The notes beneath the pieces are model-generated. The model saw only the letters and a list, made by a program, of their open reading frames with translations, did not search any database and was not told the origin of the DNA. A program made the position numbers and the translations under genes. A stretch of DNA of 32,000 nucleotides from Candidatus Methylomirabilis limnetica (GTDB lineage Bacteria > Methylomirabilota > Methylomirabilia > Methylomirabilales > Methylomirabilaceae). The stretch is from contig NZ_NVQC01000022.1 in NCBI RefSeq assembly GCF_003044035.1, positions 150,001-182,000 on the forward strand, read 5' to 3'. Below, piece after piece: positions 20,101 through 28,970 of the stretch (its first letter is position 1; each line of letters begins with the position of its first letter).

Positions 20101-21229
20101 GCTCAAGAGCCATCTTCTTTGGCAGACCACACTGGTGCAGCTTCAATTCGGGTCCCACCACGATCACCGATCGCCCGGAATAGTCCACCCTTTTCCCGAG
20201 TAGGTTCTGGCGGAAGCGCCCCTGCTTTCCCTTCAGCATTTCAGAAAGGGACTTGAGCGGACGGTTATTCTGCCCCTTCAGCGCGCGGCCACGACGGCCA
20301 TTATCGAACAGAGCGTCAACTGCTTCTTGCAGCATCCGCTTCTCGTTACGGACGATGATATCAGGCGCCCGGAGTTCAATGAGACGCCTGAGTCGGTTGT
20401 TGCGATTGATTACTCGTCGATAGAGATCGTTCAGATCCGATGTGGCAAAACGCCCCCCGTCAAGGGGGACCAGCGGCCGAAGCTCAGGTGGCAGGACTGG
20501 AATCGCGTCCAGAATCATCCACTCCGGTCGATTGCCGGAATTGATGAAGGCCTCCACGATTCGCAGCCGCTTAGTGGCCTTCTTACGGCCCTGTTGAGAG
20601 GTCTCCAGGGGCATTTGCGCGTGGAGCTCTTCCGCCAGTTCGCGAAGGTTCAGCCGCTTCAACAGATCCCGAATAGCCGCTGCGCCCATCCCCGCCTTAA
20701 AGCCGTCCCCGTACTCTTCATATGCCAGGCGATGTTGATCCTCGGTCAAGAGCTGTTTCAAGGAGAGGGGAGTCTTGCCCGGGTTCAACACAACATACGC
20801 TTCGAAGTAGAGGACCCTCTCCAGATCTCGGAGGGATATATCAAGGAGATAGCCGATTCGACTTGGAACGCCTTTATAAAACCAGACGTGGACCACCGGT
20901 GAGACCAGCTCGATGTGGCCCAGCCGCTGTCGTCGCGCTTTACTCCTGATCACCTCCACGCCGCACTTGTCGCAGACAACCCCCTTATGCTTGATGCCCT
21001 TATACTTACCGCAGTTGCACTCCCAATCCTTTGTCGGACCGAAGATCTTAGAACAGAAGAGCCCGTCTCGCTCCGGCTTAAACGTCCGGTAGTTAATGGT
21101 CTCCGGTTTTCTCACCTCTCCGAAGGACCACGACCGAATCTTCTCTGGCGAAGCTAGTCCGATCCGGATGGCTTTGAAACTGGTGGGATCAATGGTCTTT
21201 TCATCGTAGAACCCGAAAAACTTATCCAA
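17132..21229 (-). CDS. rpoC: DNA-directed RNA polymerase subunit beta' (unsplit)
   Basis: 1365 aa with NADFDGDQM and an N-terminal zinc motif CNCGKY...[11 protein letters not shown] start at 21229 with GGAGGT 7 nt upstream. The N-terminus is colinear with E. coli beta'. Confidence 0.97.
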   Translation of the reverse strand: MDKFFGFYDEKTIDPTSFKAIRIGLASPEKIRSWSFGEVRKPETINYRTFKPERDGLFCSKIFGPTKDWECNCGKYKGIKHKGVVCDKCGVEVIRSKARRQRLGHIELVSPVVHVWFYKGVPSRIGYLLDISLRDLERVLYFEAYVVLNPGKTPLSLKQLLTEDQHRLAYEEYGDGFKAGMGAAAIRDLLKRLNLRELAEELHAQMPLETSQQGRKKATKRLRIVEAFINSGNRPEWMILDAIPVLPPELRPLVPLDGGRFATSDLNDLYRRVINRNNRLRRLIELRAPDIIVRNEKRMLQEAVDALFDNGRRGRALKGQNNRPLKSLSEMLKGKQGRFRQNLLGKRVDYSGRSVIVVGPELKLHQCGLPKKMALELFKPFIFRKLLKDGVVTTIKSAKKLVEKGKPEVWDALEEVIHEHPVLLNRAPTLHRLGVQAFEPVLVEGEAIKIHPLVCAAFNADFDGDQMAVHVPLSPEAQIEASVLMLASHNILSPANGLPVVTPSQDIVLGCYYLTRSRSGEKGEGHVFSDMDEVRAAYDAEEVGLLARVKVRFEGEMIETTVGRCIFNEHLPETLRFINQEMNRRELTRLVAQCHYLLGNVETVKLLDNLKDLGFRYATLAGISIGIDDMHIPSTKGALIDDAHKEIVKIDGEYQDGLITKGERYNKIIDIWTHVTERVSDEMFREIEAEEKGEFNPVFMMADSGARGSRQQIRQLAGMRGLMAKPSGEIIETPITANFREGLTVLQYFISTHGARKGLADTALKTADSGYLTRRLVDVAQDVIVAEMDCGTPNGIWVTPLIEGGEIIQPLRDRILGRVALDEILDPFTGEVLVEANQEIVEVLASNIENAGLDRVKIRSVLTCEARRGICIRCYGRNLATGRLVELGEACGVIAAQSIGEPGTQLTMRTFHIGGTASRSVEQSTLECKGTGIVRFTSLRTVKAPKGDYVVMNRNGTISVIDEKGRKKESYPAVYGAHLKVEDGATVKAGQVLMEWDPFTNAILTEHGGMVHFRDVVEGVTIREEVDEVTGLSQRVVVEHGREDLQPRVSIKDEHGATVFRCLLPVSAHIMVSEGQMVSAGDSVSRIPRETMKTKDITGGLPRVAELFEARRPKDAAVISEINGHVELGGIAKGMRKLSVRDEHGVPREYLIPRRRHINVLEGDEVKAGEPFMDGPINPHDILDVLGEQELQKYLVNEIQEVYRLQGVQINDKHIEVIVRQMLKRVLVEASGDTHFLIGEHVDKATFLEENHRAMASGGAAATAKPLLLGITKASLSTDSFISAASFQETTKVLTEAAINGARDELRGLKENVIMGRLIPAGTGMRWYRDTTISTPEVALSKAALTGAIVAVDRGPDELDASLDN

Positions 21230-21259
21230 CGCTATTACCTCCGCCCGAGAACGGCTCTC

Positions 21260-21287
21260 AGCTATTAGCTGACAGCTGATCGCTGTC
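21260..21287. repeat. Four AGCT-cored heptamers (rpoB-rpoC spacer)
   Basis: agctatt agctgac agctgat cgctgtc, with cores at 21260, 21267, 21274 and 21281. Confidence 0.75.
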
Positions 21288-21296
21288 TTTCAGGGG

Positions 21297-24200
21297 CTAC
21301 TCTTTTTTCAGCTCGACATCCAGCGCAAGGCTTTGTAGCTCCTTGACCAGGACGTTGAAAGATTCCGGGAGTCCAGGCTCGAGGGTACAGTCGCCCCTGA
21401 CAATCGACTCGTACATCTTGGTTCGCCCCACCACATCGTCTGACTTCACGGTCAGGATCTCTTGCAGGATATGGGCGGCCCCGTACGCCTCCAGAGCCCA
21501 CACCTCCATCTCTCCAAATCGCTGTCCGCCGAATTGAGCCTTGCCCCCCAGGGGCTGCTGAGTGATCAACGAGTAGGGCCCAATGGAGCGAGCATGAATT
21601 TTGTCATCCACGAGATGGGCCAGCTTCATAATGTAGATATAGCCAACCGTCACCTCCTGATGGAACGGCTTCCCGGTTCGTCCGTCATAAAGAACGGTCT
21701 TCCCCGTAACAGGGAGACCAGCTCGCTTGAGCCAGACCTTGATCTCCTTCTCCGTAGCTCCATCAAAGACCGGTGAGGCGACCCGCAGCCCCAAGGCCCT
21801 GGCCGCCCAGCCCAGGTGGGTCTCTAGAACCTGGCCCACGTTCATCCTGGAAGGCACGCCCAGAGGATTCAGGACCACCTCGACAGGCGTCCCATCAGGT
21901 AGATAGGGCATATCCTCTTCGGGTAGAATCTTCGCGATAACGCCCTTATTCCCATGTCGACCAGCCATCTTATCGCCGACAGAGAGCTTTCGCTTCATGG
22001 CCACGTAGACCTTGACCATCTTGAAGACCCCAGGGGCGAGCTCATCACCTCGGGTCACTCTGCTGACTCGCTCATCCAAGAGCGTCTGCAAGACGTGGAC
22101 CTGGTTATCGGACGCGTCACCGATCCTACTCGCCTTCCGACCCAACTCTTCGTCTAATCGCCCTGCGAGATCCACCATGTCCTCATGGGACAGCGCATCC
22201 AGGGTCTCGCCGGTCAACTTCTTGTCCTTGGCAACCATAACCTTACGCGTGAGCCTGCTCCGGACCTCCTTACTGACACTCAGGCCATCGAGAAGGGATC
22301 GCAGCTTCCTATCCCGATCTGCAGCGATGATACTGATCTCGTCTTCGAAGTCCTTGCGGAGTCGGCTAACCTCTTCGTCCTCGATCGACTTGGCCCGCTC
22401 GTCCTTCTCGATCCCTTTTCGGGAGAAGACCTTCACATCGACGACGGTACCGCTAATCCCAGGCGGGACATAGAGCGAGGCGTCCCGTACATCCTCGGCC
22501 TTCTCGCCAAAGATAGCTCGCAACAGTCGCTCTTCTGGGGTGAGCACGGTTTCACCTTTGGGGGTGACCTTCCCAACCAGGATATCCCCGGGCTTCACCT
22601 CGGCTCCAATCCGGACGATCCCACTCTCGTCGAGATCTTTGAGCGCGTCCTCGCCCACGTTCGGGGTGTCTCGCGTGATCTCCTCCTTCCCCAGCTTGGT
22701 CTCGCGAGCTTCGATCTCGAACTCCTCGATGTGGATGGAGGTAAAGCGGTCTTCCTTGATGAGCCGCTCGCTTATCAGGATTGCATCCTCAAAGTTATAC
22801 CCACCCCATACCATGAAGGCCGTCAGGACATTCTGCCCGAGCGCCAGTTCGCCGTTCTGGGTAGCCGGACCATCGGCGATCACCTGGCCCTTGGCGATCC
22901 GATCGCCCTTACTCACAATCGGCTTCTGCGTGATACAGGTATTCTGGTTGCTACGGCGAAACTTTATCAGGGTGTAGATGTCTACTCCTGAATCGTCCCC
23001 GCCGTCGTCACCTTTGCCGTCCGAGGAGCGGACGATGATTCGGTCAGCGGTTACCGATTCGACGATCCCTCCACGCTGGGCCACCACGACCGCCCCAGAG
23101 TCCTTCGCCGCAGGATATTCCATCCCGGTTCCGACTACTGGAGCCTCCGGCCGCAGGAGGGGGACTGCCTGACGTTGCATGTTGGCGCCCATCAGGGCAC
23201 GATTGGCGTCATCGTGTTCGAGGAATGGGACAAGCGAAGTGGACACTCCAACAAGTTGTTTCGGAGCGACATCCATATACTCGACATTGGCTGGGGGAAC
23301 CGTGACAAAGTTACCTCCGGATCGTGCCGAGACCCGATCTGACGTGAAACGTCCCCGTCCGTCCACCTCTGCGTTGGCCTGTGCGATAGTGTACTTCTCC
23401 TCTTCATCGGCCGTCAGGTACTCGATCTCGTCGGTCACGGCCATACCCCGGACCTTGCGATAAGGCGTCTCGATGAAGCCAAAATCGTTGACGCGGGCAT
23501 AGGTAGAGAGACTGGCGATAAGCCCAACGTTGGGGCCTTCCGGCGTTTCGATGGGACACATCCGACCGTAGTGTGTCGGGTGCACGTCCCGGACCTCGAA
23601 CCCTGCCCGCTCCCGCGATAGCCCTCCAGGACCTAAGGCTGACAGCCGCCGCTTATGGGTCAGCTCAGCTAGCGGATTGGTCTGGTCCATGAACTGGGAG
23701 AGCTGGGAGCTGCCGAAGAACTCCTTCAGCGCTGCCGTGACCGGCTTGGCGTTCACCAGATCGTGCGGCATCAGGGTCTCCAGCTCCTGTGTACTCATTC
23801 GCTCTCGGACCGCCCGCTCCATTCGAGCCAATCCGACCCGGAACTGTTCTTCCAGGAGCTCCCCAGCCGACCGAATCCGGCGATTGCCCAGATGGTCGAT
23901 GTCATCTACGGAGGTCCCGGCCTCCCCGTGCTTCAGCCTGAGTAGGTACCGGATAGTCTCCACGATATCGTCTACCTGGCCCATCCGCCCTTCCATACCG
24001 GCAGGCCGATATCGGCGGCACATGAGGGTATGAACCTCAAGCGGCACCTCAAGGCCAAGCTTGCGATTGATCTTCAGGCGCCCGACTTTGGAAAGATCGT
24101 AGCGCTTCGGATTAAAGAAGATAGTTTCGAGGAACGCCTTGGTCGCTCCCTCGTTCGGCGGATCGCCCGGTCGCATTCTTCGATAAATCTCAGTCAGGCC

Positions 24201-25313
24201 ATCCTTTTCAGAGCGAGTCGAGTCCCGAATAATGTTCTCCCGAATCTCGAACATATCCTGACCCGCGCGGCTGGCAAGCACGGAGAAGCTGCTCAGTTCG
24301 CTTTTGAGGACCTGCTCCAGCACTTCTTCTGTGATCTCCTGCGCACATTCAAGGATTACCTCGCCGCTCTTTGTGTCCACAATGTCAGCGGCTGCAAATC
24401 GGCCGATGAGATCTTCTTTATACAGTGGTACTTCCGTAATCTTCAAAGCCTGCAGTCGCTTCTGGGCCACCTTCGTGATTCGCTTGGTCGCCCCAAGAAT
24501 CAGTTGCTTACTGTGAGGATCGGAAATATCCTTGTTCACCCGAAAGCTGGTCGCGCCAGGTGAACCCACAGGAATCAGGAAATCCTTCCCCTCCTCTACG
24601 CGCAATACATCCCGCTCATAGAATAGGTTCAGGATCTCCTCATTAGTCCCGTAGCCGATCGCCCGCAGCAGGATCGAGGCTAGAAACTTTCGTCTTCGGT
24701 CCACCCGGACATGGAGCACATCGCTCGAATCAAACTCGAATTCCAGCCACGAGCCTCGATATGGGATGAGGCGAGCAGAGTAGAGGATCTTGCCGCTCGG
24801 GTGAGTCTTACCGTTGTCATGGTCGAAGAAGACCCCCGGTGAGCGGTGGAGTTGGCTGACCACCACCCGCTCGGTCCCATTGATAATGAAGGTACCCTGC
24901 GGCGTCATCAAGGGCATCTCCCCCAAGTAGACCTCTTGCTCTTTAATGTCCCTGATGCTGCTGGCCTCGGAACTGACTGGCTTATCCCAGACGATCAGGC
25001 GAAGGGTCACCTTGATCGGAACGGAGTAAGTCATCCCCTTCTCCAGGGATTCCTCTGCGCCGTACTTGGGCACCCCGAACTCGTACTTAACAAAACCCAG
25101 GGACGCTGAATTGTCGTAATTGAAAATCGGGAAGATGCTGGCGAAAGCCCCTTGAAGGCCGATCTCCTCCCGCGCGTGCGGAGGAACCTTCATTTGCAGG
25201 AACTGATCGAAGGACCGTCGCTGGATCTCAATCAGATTGGGGATAGAGATCACCTCTTTGATTTTGCTAAAACTCCAGCGCTCGGCTGCCACGCTCTTCT
25301 TTGCGAGGGCCAT
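21297..25313 (-). CDS. rpoB: DNA-directed RNA polymerase subunit beta
   Basis: 1338 aa with conserved beta motifs ([31 protein letters not shown]). Confidence 0.97.
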   Translation of the reverse strand: MALAKKSVAAERWSFSKIKEVISIPNLIEIQRRSFDQFLQMKVPPHAREEIGLQGAFASIFPIFNYDNSASLGFVKYEFGVPKYGAEESLEKGMTYSVPIKVTLRLIVWDKPVSSEASSIRDIKEQEVYLGEMPLMTPQGTFIINGTERVVVSQLHRSPGVFFDHDNGKTHPSGKILYSARLIPYRGSWLEFEFDSSDVLHVRVDRRRKFLASILLRAIGYGTNEEILNLFYERDVLRVEEGKDFLIPVGSPGATSFRVNKDISDPHSKQLILGATKRITKVAQKRLQALKITEVPLYKEDLIGRFAAADIVDTKSGEVILECAQEITEEVLEQVLKSELSSFSVLASRAGQDMFEIRENIIRDSTRSEKDGLTEIYRRMRPGDPPNEGATKAFLETIFFNPKRYDLSKVGRLKINRKLGLEVPLEVHTLMCRRYRPAGMEGRMGQVDDIVETIRYLLRLKHGEAGTSVDDIDHLGNRRIRSAGELLEEQFRVGLARMERAVRERMSTQELETLMPHDLVNAKPVTAALKEFFGSSQLSQFMDQTNPLAELTHKRRLSALGPGGLSRERAGFEVRDVHPTHYGRMCPIETPEGPNVGLIASLSTYARVNDFGFIETPYRKVRGMAVTDEIEYLTADEEEKYTIAQANAEVDGRGRFTSDRVSARSGGNFVTVPPANVEYMDVAPKQLVGVSTSLVPFLEHDDANRALMGANMQRQAVPLLRPEAPVVGTGMEYPAAKDSGAVVVAQRGGIVESVTADRIIVRSSDGKGDDGGDDSGVDIYTLIKFRRSNQNTCITQKPIVSKGDRIAKGQVIADGPATQNGELALGQNVLTAFMVWGGYNFEDAILISERLIKEDRFTSIHIEEFEIEARETKLGKEEITRDTPNVGEDALKDLDESGIVRIGAEVKPGDILVGKVTPKGETVLTPEERLLRAIFGEKAEDVRDASLYVPPGISGTVVDVKVFSRKGIEKDERAKSIEDEEVSRLRKDFEDEISIIAADRDRKLRSLLDGLSVSKEVRSRLTRKVMVAKDKKLTGETLDALSHEDMVDLAGRLDEELGRKASRIGDASDNQVHVLQTLLDERVSRVTRGDELAPGVFKMVKVYVAMKRKLSVGDKMAGRHGNKGVIAKILPEEDMPYLPDGTPVEVVLNPLGVPSRMNVGQVLETHLGWAARALGLRVASPVFDGATEKEIKVWLKRAGLPVTGKTVLYDGRTGKPFHQEVTVGYIYIMKLAHLVDDKIHARSIGPYSLITQQPLGGKAQFGGQRFGEMEVWALEAYGAAHILQEILTVKSDDVVGRTKMYESIVRGDCTLEPGLPESFNVLVKELQSLALDVELKKE

Positions 25314-25340
25314 ACGTCCTTGACTCCTTTTCTTCCTGCT

Positions 25341-25733
25341 TTATTTAAGTTCTGCGGTCGCGCCAGTCGCCTCGATCTTCGCTTTGATCGCTTCCGCCTC
25401 AGCCTTTGATAGTCCTTCCTTTACCGCCTTAGGAGCGCCCTCGACCAGGTCCTTTGCCTCTTTCAGACCAAGGCCGGTGATTGCCCTCACCTCCTTGATC
25501 ACCTGGATCTTCTTTTCCCCCACAGAAGCGAGGATGACCGAGAATTCCGTCTTTTCCTCAGTTGGTGCCGCTGCAGCAGCGGAAGCCCCTCCTGGACCTA
25601 CCGCCATCGCAGGCATCATCGCCGCAGCGGAAATGCCAAACTTTTCCTCAATCCCTTTCACCAGCTTGTTGAGGTCCAAGACACTCCACTGCTCAATCGA
25701 GTCTAATACGTCATCAGCTGTGACCTTTGCCAT
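25341..25733 (-). CDS. rplL: 50S ribosomal protein L7/L12
   Basis: ORF 25341-25739 begins at a TTG. ATG 25733 has AAGGAGAGG 7 nt upstream. Ala-rich hinge and C-terminal domain [12 protein letters not shown]. Confidence 0.95.
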   Translation of the reverse strand: MAKVTADDVLDSIEQWSVLDLNKLVKGIEEKFGISAAAMMPAMAVGPGGASAAAAAPTEEKTEFSVILASVGEKKIQVIKEVRAITGLGLKEAKDLVEGAPKAVKEGLSKAEAEAIKAKIEATGATAELK

Positions 25734-25810
25734 CGTCAATCCTCTCCTTGGCTACGTAGTAACACGTGTGTCGACGATGCCCAAGCCGCTCCAGGGCCAG
25801 GGCCGGTTCT

Positions 25811-26326
25811 TTACTCTTTCTGTTGTCTCACCGCCTCCAGAACCATCAGGAGCGAACGAAGCGGCCCAGAAAGTACAGTCACGAGGCCGCGAAGGGGGGA
25901 TTGCAGAATACCAGCGAGCCTGGCCGCAAGCACCTCACGTGGAGGGAGATCAGCAAGCGCCATTACCTCTTGGCTAACCAGCACTCTTCCCTCTGCGAAA
26001 CCGGCTTTGATTTGGAAGGTCGATTTCGTCTTGATGAAAGAGGCTAAGAGCTTAGCAGGCGCGGTAGGATCACCTTTCCCGTGGACAATCGCTGTCGGGC
26101 CAACGAGGTAAGGCTTTAGCTCCTGGAGTTCCGTCCCCGTGACGGCCAATCTGGCGAGAGTATTCTTAACGACCCGGAGAGCCATCCCCTGTTGGCGGAG
26201 CATTTTTCTCAGTTCAGTCAAATCGCTTACACTGAGCCCCCGAGGATCTGCCAATATGGCTACAGTCGCCCCTGCTAGCCCAGTCTTGAGTTCATCAACT
26301 ACCGTTGCCTTTTCCGTCTGCTTCAC
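25811..26326 (-). CDS. rplJ: 50S ribosomal protein L10
   Basis: ORF 25811-26389 overlaps rplA. Trimmed to GTG 26326 (GGAGG 5 nt upstream), giving MKQTEKATVVDEL..., colinear with E. coli L10. An alternative TTG start is at 26347. Confidence 0.9.
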   Translation of the reverse strand: MKQTEKATVVDELKTGLAGATVAILADPRGLSVSDLTELRKMLRQQGMALRVVKNTLARLAVTGTELQELKPYLVGPTAIVHGKGDPTAPAKLLASFIKTKSTFQIKAGFAEGRVLVSQEVMALADLPPREVLAARLAGILQSPLRGLVTVLSGPLRSLLMVLEAVRQQKE

Positions 26327-26357
26327 TGTCCCCTCCCTGCAAGACAAGGTGGCTTCC

Positions 26358-27065
26358 CTAGCTCTTTGCCAACCCCACCAAGGTGTCAAGCTCCACCTTT
26401 ATACCCGGTCCCATTGTTGACGATATGGTGACCCCATTAAGGTATCGACCCTTGCTGGAGGCCGGCTTGGCCCGGAGCAACGCCTCCAGCAAAGCCACGG
26501 CATTCTCACGGAGCTGGTCCGCCGTAAAGGAGGCCTTACCGAAAGGCGCATGCACGATCCCTGCCTTCTCCGTGCGATACTCAATCTTTCCGCCCTTAAA
26601 CTCCCTGACCGCTTTTCCAACATCGAAGGTGACGGTGCCGGTCTTAGGGTTGGGCATCAATCCCCGAGGTCCGAGAACCTTTCCGAGGCGTCCCACCAGA
26701 CCCATGACGTTCGGGGTAGCAATTGCCCGATCGAACTCAAGCCATCCCTGTTGAATCTTCTCTATCAGGTCTTCACAGCCAACATAATCAGCGCCAGCCT
26801 CACGCGCATCCTTCTCTTGTTCGCCCTTCATGAAGACCAGCACCCGAACACTCTTCCCTGTGCCATGAGGCAACACGACCGTGCCCCTCACCATCTGATC
26901 GGCATGCTTCGGATCAACCCCCAGGCAGACAGCGATTTCCATGGTCTCATCAAACTTCGCGCCGGCATTCGACTTTACTGCCTCTATCGCCTTAGCCAAG
27001 TCGCATGCACCAACCCGTGTCACTGCCTCAGTAGCCACCCCATAGCGCTTTCCAGCTTTCGACAT
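26358..27065 (-). CDS. rplA: 50S ribosomal protein L1
   Basis: 235 aa with MSKAGKRY and [15 protein letters not shown]. Confidence 0.97.
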   Translation of the reverse strand: MSKAGKRYGVATEAVTRVGACDLAKAIEAVKSNAGAKFDETMEIAVCLGVDPKHADQMVRGTVVLPHGTGKSVRVLVFMKGEQEKDAREAGADYVGCEDLIEKIQQGWLEFDRAIATPNVMGLVGRLGKVLGPRGLMPNPKTGTVTFDVGKAVREFKGGKIEYRTEKAGIVHAPFGKASFTADQLRENAVALLEALLRAKPASSKGRYLNGVTISSTMGPGIKVELDTLVGLAKS

Positions 27066-27083
27066 ATCCCACCCCTGAAAGAA

Positions 27084-27173
27084 AGGGTATAGGGTAGAGG
27101 GTGCAGGGTATAGAGGAGATGAAGCGGATCGCGTTCCCCTTATAAACCCTAGACCCTAGACCCTCAACCCTGT
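27084..27173. repeat. Inverted heptamer array, 4 x AGGGTNN facing 4 x ACCCTNN (rplK-rplA spacer)
   Basis: agggtat agggtag agggtgc agggtat at 27084-27111, a 34-nt centre, then accctag accctag accctca accctgt at 27146-27173. Confidence 0.88.
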
Positions 27174-27175
27174 TC

Positions 27176-27598
27176 TTAGACTACATCAATCCCCATAGTC
27201 CTCGCCGTTCCCTCGATAATCCTGACAGCCGACTCAAGTGATAGCGCATTCAAGTCCGGCATCTTCGTTCGCGCAATCTCTTCCACCTGCATCCTGGTCA
27301 CCTTGCCTACCTTCGTACGGTTCGGTTCCTTAGAGGCCTTCGCGATCCCAACGGCCTGCTTTAACAGGATTGCTGCAGGGGGGGTCTTGGTGATGAAAGT
27401 GAAGGACCGGTCCGCGTAGATAGTGATGACAACAGGGATCACCAGGCCCTCTTCCGATGCTGTCAGTGCATTAAAGGCCTTACAGAACTCCATGATGTTG
27501 ACGCCGTGCTGTCCGAGTGCAGGGCCGACCGGCGGCGCTGGGTTGGCCTTACCGGCTGGGACCTGAAGTTTTACGATCGCTGTAACTTTTTTCGCCAT
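27176..27598 (-). CDS. rplK: 50S ribosomal protein L11
   Basis: 140 aa with [26 protein letters not shown]. Confidence 0.97.
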   Translation of the reverse strand: MAKKVTAIVKLQVPAGKANPAPPVGPALGQHGVNIMEFCKAFNALTASEEGLVIPVVITIYADRSFTFITKTPPAAILLKQAVGIAKASKEPNRTKVGKVTRMQVEEIARTKMPDLNALSLESAVRIIEGTARTMGIDVV

Positions 27599-27616
27599 AA
27601 AGACCTCAAATGCAGA

Positions 27617-27644
27617 AGCTGTTAGCTGCTAGCTGTGAGCTGTT
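27617..27644. repeat. Four AGCTGNN heptamers (nusG-rplK spacer)
   Basis: agctgtt agctgct agctgtg agctgtt, with cores at 27617, 27624, 27631 and 27638. Confidence 0.8.
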
Positions 27645-27647
27645 CTT

Positions 27648-28196
27648 TCAGACCTTTTCAACCTGTAGGAACTCAAGGTCCACCGGGGTCGGCCTTCCGA
27701 AGATGCTGACCATAACCTTTAGCCGCCCCTTTTCGGGCTTAACCTCATCAACGAGGCCAGTGAAGTTGGCGAACGGACCGTCGATAACTCGAACACTTTC
27801 CCCACGCAGGAACATGACCCTATGTTTGGGTCGCTCAGCCCCCTCCTCTACCTGCTGCAGGATGGCTTGCACCTGTTCCTCTGGAACTGGAGTTGGTTGC
27901 GTAGCCGGGCCAACAAAGCCAGTCACTTTCGGGGTATTCTTGACGAGATACCAAATATCCTCCGACATTTCTGCCTTGATCAGAACGTACCCTGGAAGGA
28001 ATTTCCGCGAGGAAACCGTTCGTTTCCCCTTCTTGAGCTCGACCACGTCTTCAGTGGGAATAACGACCTGGGAGATCTTGTCAGCTAGCCCCATGGCGGC
28101 AGCCCGCTGCTCAATGCTTCCCTTCACCTTATTCTCAAAACCCGAATACGTATGGATTACATACCAACTTTGCGGCATAGTTTGACCTGCTGGCAT
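27648..28196 (-). CDS. nusG: Transcription termination/antitermination factor NusG
   Basis: 182 aa with WYVIHTYSGFENKV (NGN) and a C-terminal KOW domain. AGGAG lies 6 nt upstream of ATG 28196. Confidence 0.95.
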   Translation of the reverse strand: MPAGQTMPQSWYVIHTYSGFENKVKGSIEQRAAAMGLADKISQVVIPTEDVVELKKGKRTVSSRKFLPGYVLIKAEMSEDIWYLVKNTPKVTGFVGPATQPTPVPEEQVQAILQQVEEGAERPKHRVMFLRGESVRVIDGPFANFTGLVDEVKPEKGRLKVMVSIFGRPTPVDLEFLQVEKV

Positions 28197-28209
28197 CAGC
28201 TACTCCTGG

Positions 28210-28404
28210 CTACCTGACTACCAAAGTGAGCAGCCATTGCAATATGACGTCAATACCTCCAAGAAAGAACGAGACAATAATAACCGACACGATGACTACG
28301 ACAGTAGAGCCCACAACCTCTTTCCTTGTGGGCCAATGGACCTTTTTCAGCTCAGTCCTGACCTCTTGTAAGAATTGAACCAACTGCTGCCATCGTTCCA
28401 TCAT
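28210..28404 (-). CDS. secE: Preprotein translocase subunit SecE
   Basis: The ORF-track entry 28210-28602 runs into tRNA-Trp. Trimmed to ATG 28404, giving 64 aa: [30 protein letters not shown] plus one TM helix. Lies immediately upstream of nusG. Confidence 0.88.
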   Translation of the reverse strand: MMERWQQLVQFLQEVRTELKKVHWPTRKEVVGSTVVVIVSVIIVSFFLGGIDVILQWLLTLVVR

Positions 28405-28569
28405 CGTCGTTTTTCTGCTCCTCCAACTCTCCGACTTCGGCGGAAATCTCTCTCTAGCGCCAAAGACCTTACACGTAAACCTGTGATCTTCGGAGGGTGA
28501 ACCTGATGCCACCGACCCGCTGCCGAAAATTTGCTCCCTCGAACTGTGAAAGATCCTCACGCCATCACA

Positions 28570-28645
28570 TGGCAGGCCAGGAGGGATTTGAACCCCCAAC
28601 ACCCGGATTTGGAGTCCGGTGCTCTGCCGTTAGAGCTACTGGCCT
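28570..28645 (-). tRNA. tRNA-Trp (anticodon CCA), CCA encoded
   Basis: The reverse complement AGGCCAGTAGCTCTAACGGCAGAGCACCGGACTCCAAATCCGGGTGTTGGGGGTTCAAATCCCTCCTGGCCTGCCA folds as a cloverleaf. The anticodon loop is CTCCAAA. Confidence 0.93.
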
Positions 28646-28653
28646 CTGAAAGG

Positions 28654-28738
28654 TTTCGGGTTCCGGGTTCCGGGTTTCGGGTTCCGGGTCGCTCCAGATT
28701 CCGTCATCAACGCGAAACTCGAAACGCGAAACTCGAGA
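28654..28738. repeat. Inverted heptamer array, 5 x TTYCGGG facing 4 x CKCGARA (rpmG-tRNA-Trp spacer)
   Basis: tttcggg ttccggg ttccggg tttcggg ttccggg at 28654-28688, facing cgcgaaa ctcgaaa cgcgaaa ctcgaga at 28711-28738. Confidence 0.88.
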
Positions 28739-28742
28739 CTGT

Positions 28743-28892
28743 TTACTTTGCTTCCTTATGGGCGGTGTGCTTGCGACACCAACGACAGTACTTACTCAGT
28801 TCGAGTCTATCAGGGGTATTCTGTTTACTCTTCGTCGTTGTGTAATTCCGCCTCTTGCAATCACCGCAGGCTAATGTAATTATCTCACGCAT
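28743..28892 (-). CDS. rpmG: 50S ribosomal protein L33 (zinc-binding form)
   Basis: Below the ORF-track size cutoff. Hand translation gives [53 protein letters not shown] lies 5 nt upstream. Confidence 0.9.
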   Translation of the reverse strand: MREIITLACGDCKRRNYTTTKSKQNTPDRLELSKYCRWCRKHTAHKEAK

Positions 28893-28970
28893 CGATGCTC
28901 CGTACGCTCACTATTTTTTAAGGGAAGGCTCTCGCCACCTGTAAGACGCAAACCCCGCTCCAAACCCACG

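Noticed and set aside
17507-24563. Many long plus-strand ORFs antisense to rpoC and rpoB, for example 19208-20074 (288 aa), 22185-22991 (268 aa) and 18194-18979 (261 aa).
   Set aside because: They lie entirely within strongly supported minus-strand genes. Their composition is low-complexity and rich in Arg, Pro, Ser and Leu, they have no recognisable motifs, and they have no SD or promoter context. These are typical shadow ORFs of GC-biased coding sequence.
26327-26389. Extension of rplJ overlapping the rplA 3' end, and a similar extension of rplD (11636-11692) into rplC.
   Set aside because: The extensions are not colinear with L10 or L4 homologues. Internal starts with good SDs sit just after the upstream stop codons.
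28405-28602. N-terminal extension of the secE ORF (130 aa in the ORF track), and the plus-strand ORF 28531-28845.
   Set aside because: Both run through the tRNA-Trp gene and the heptamer array. SecE homology begins at MMERWQQL (ATG 28404).
27084-28738. Heptamer arrays considered as CRISPR arrays or as a miniature transposable element (MITE/REP).
   Set aside because: The units are only 7 nt long and directly abutting, with no spacers, so this is not CRISPR. I saw no terminal inverted repeats with target-site duplications, and there is no single shared consensus across loci, so they do not fit a classical MITE or REP family. They are reported as a distinct repeat class instead.
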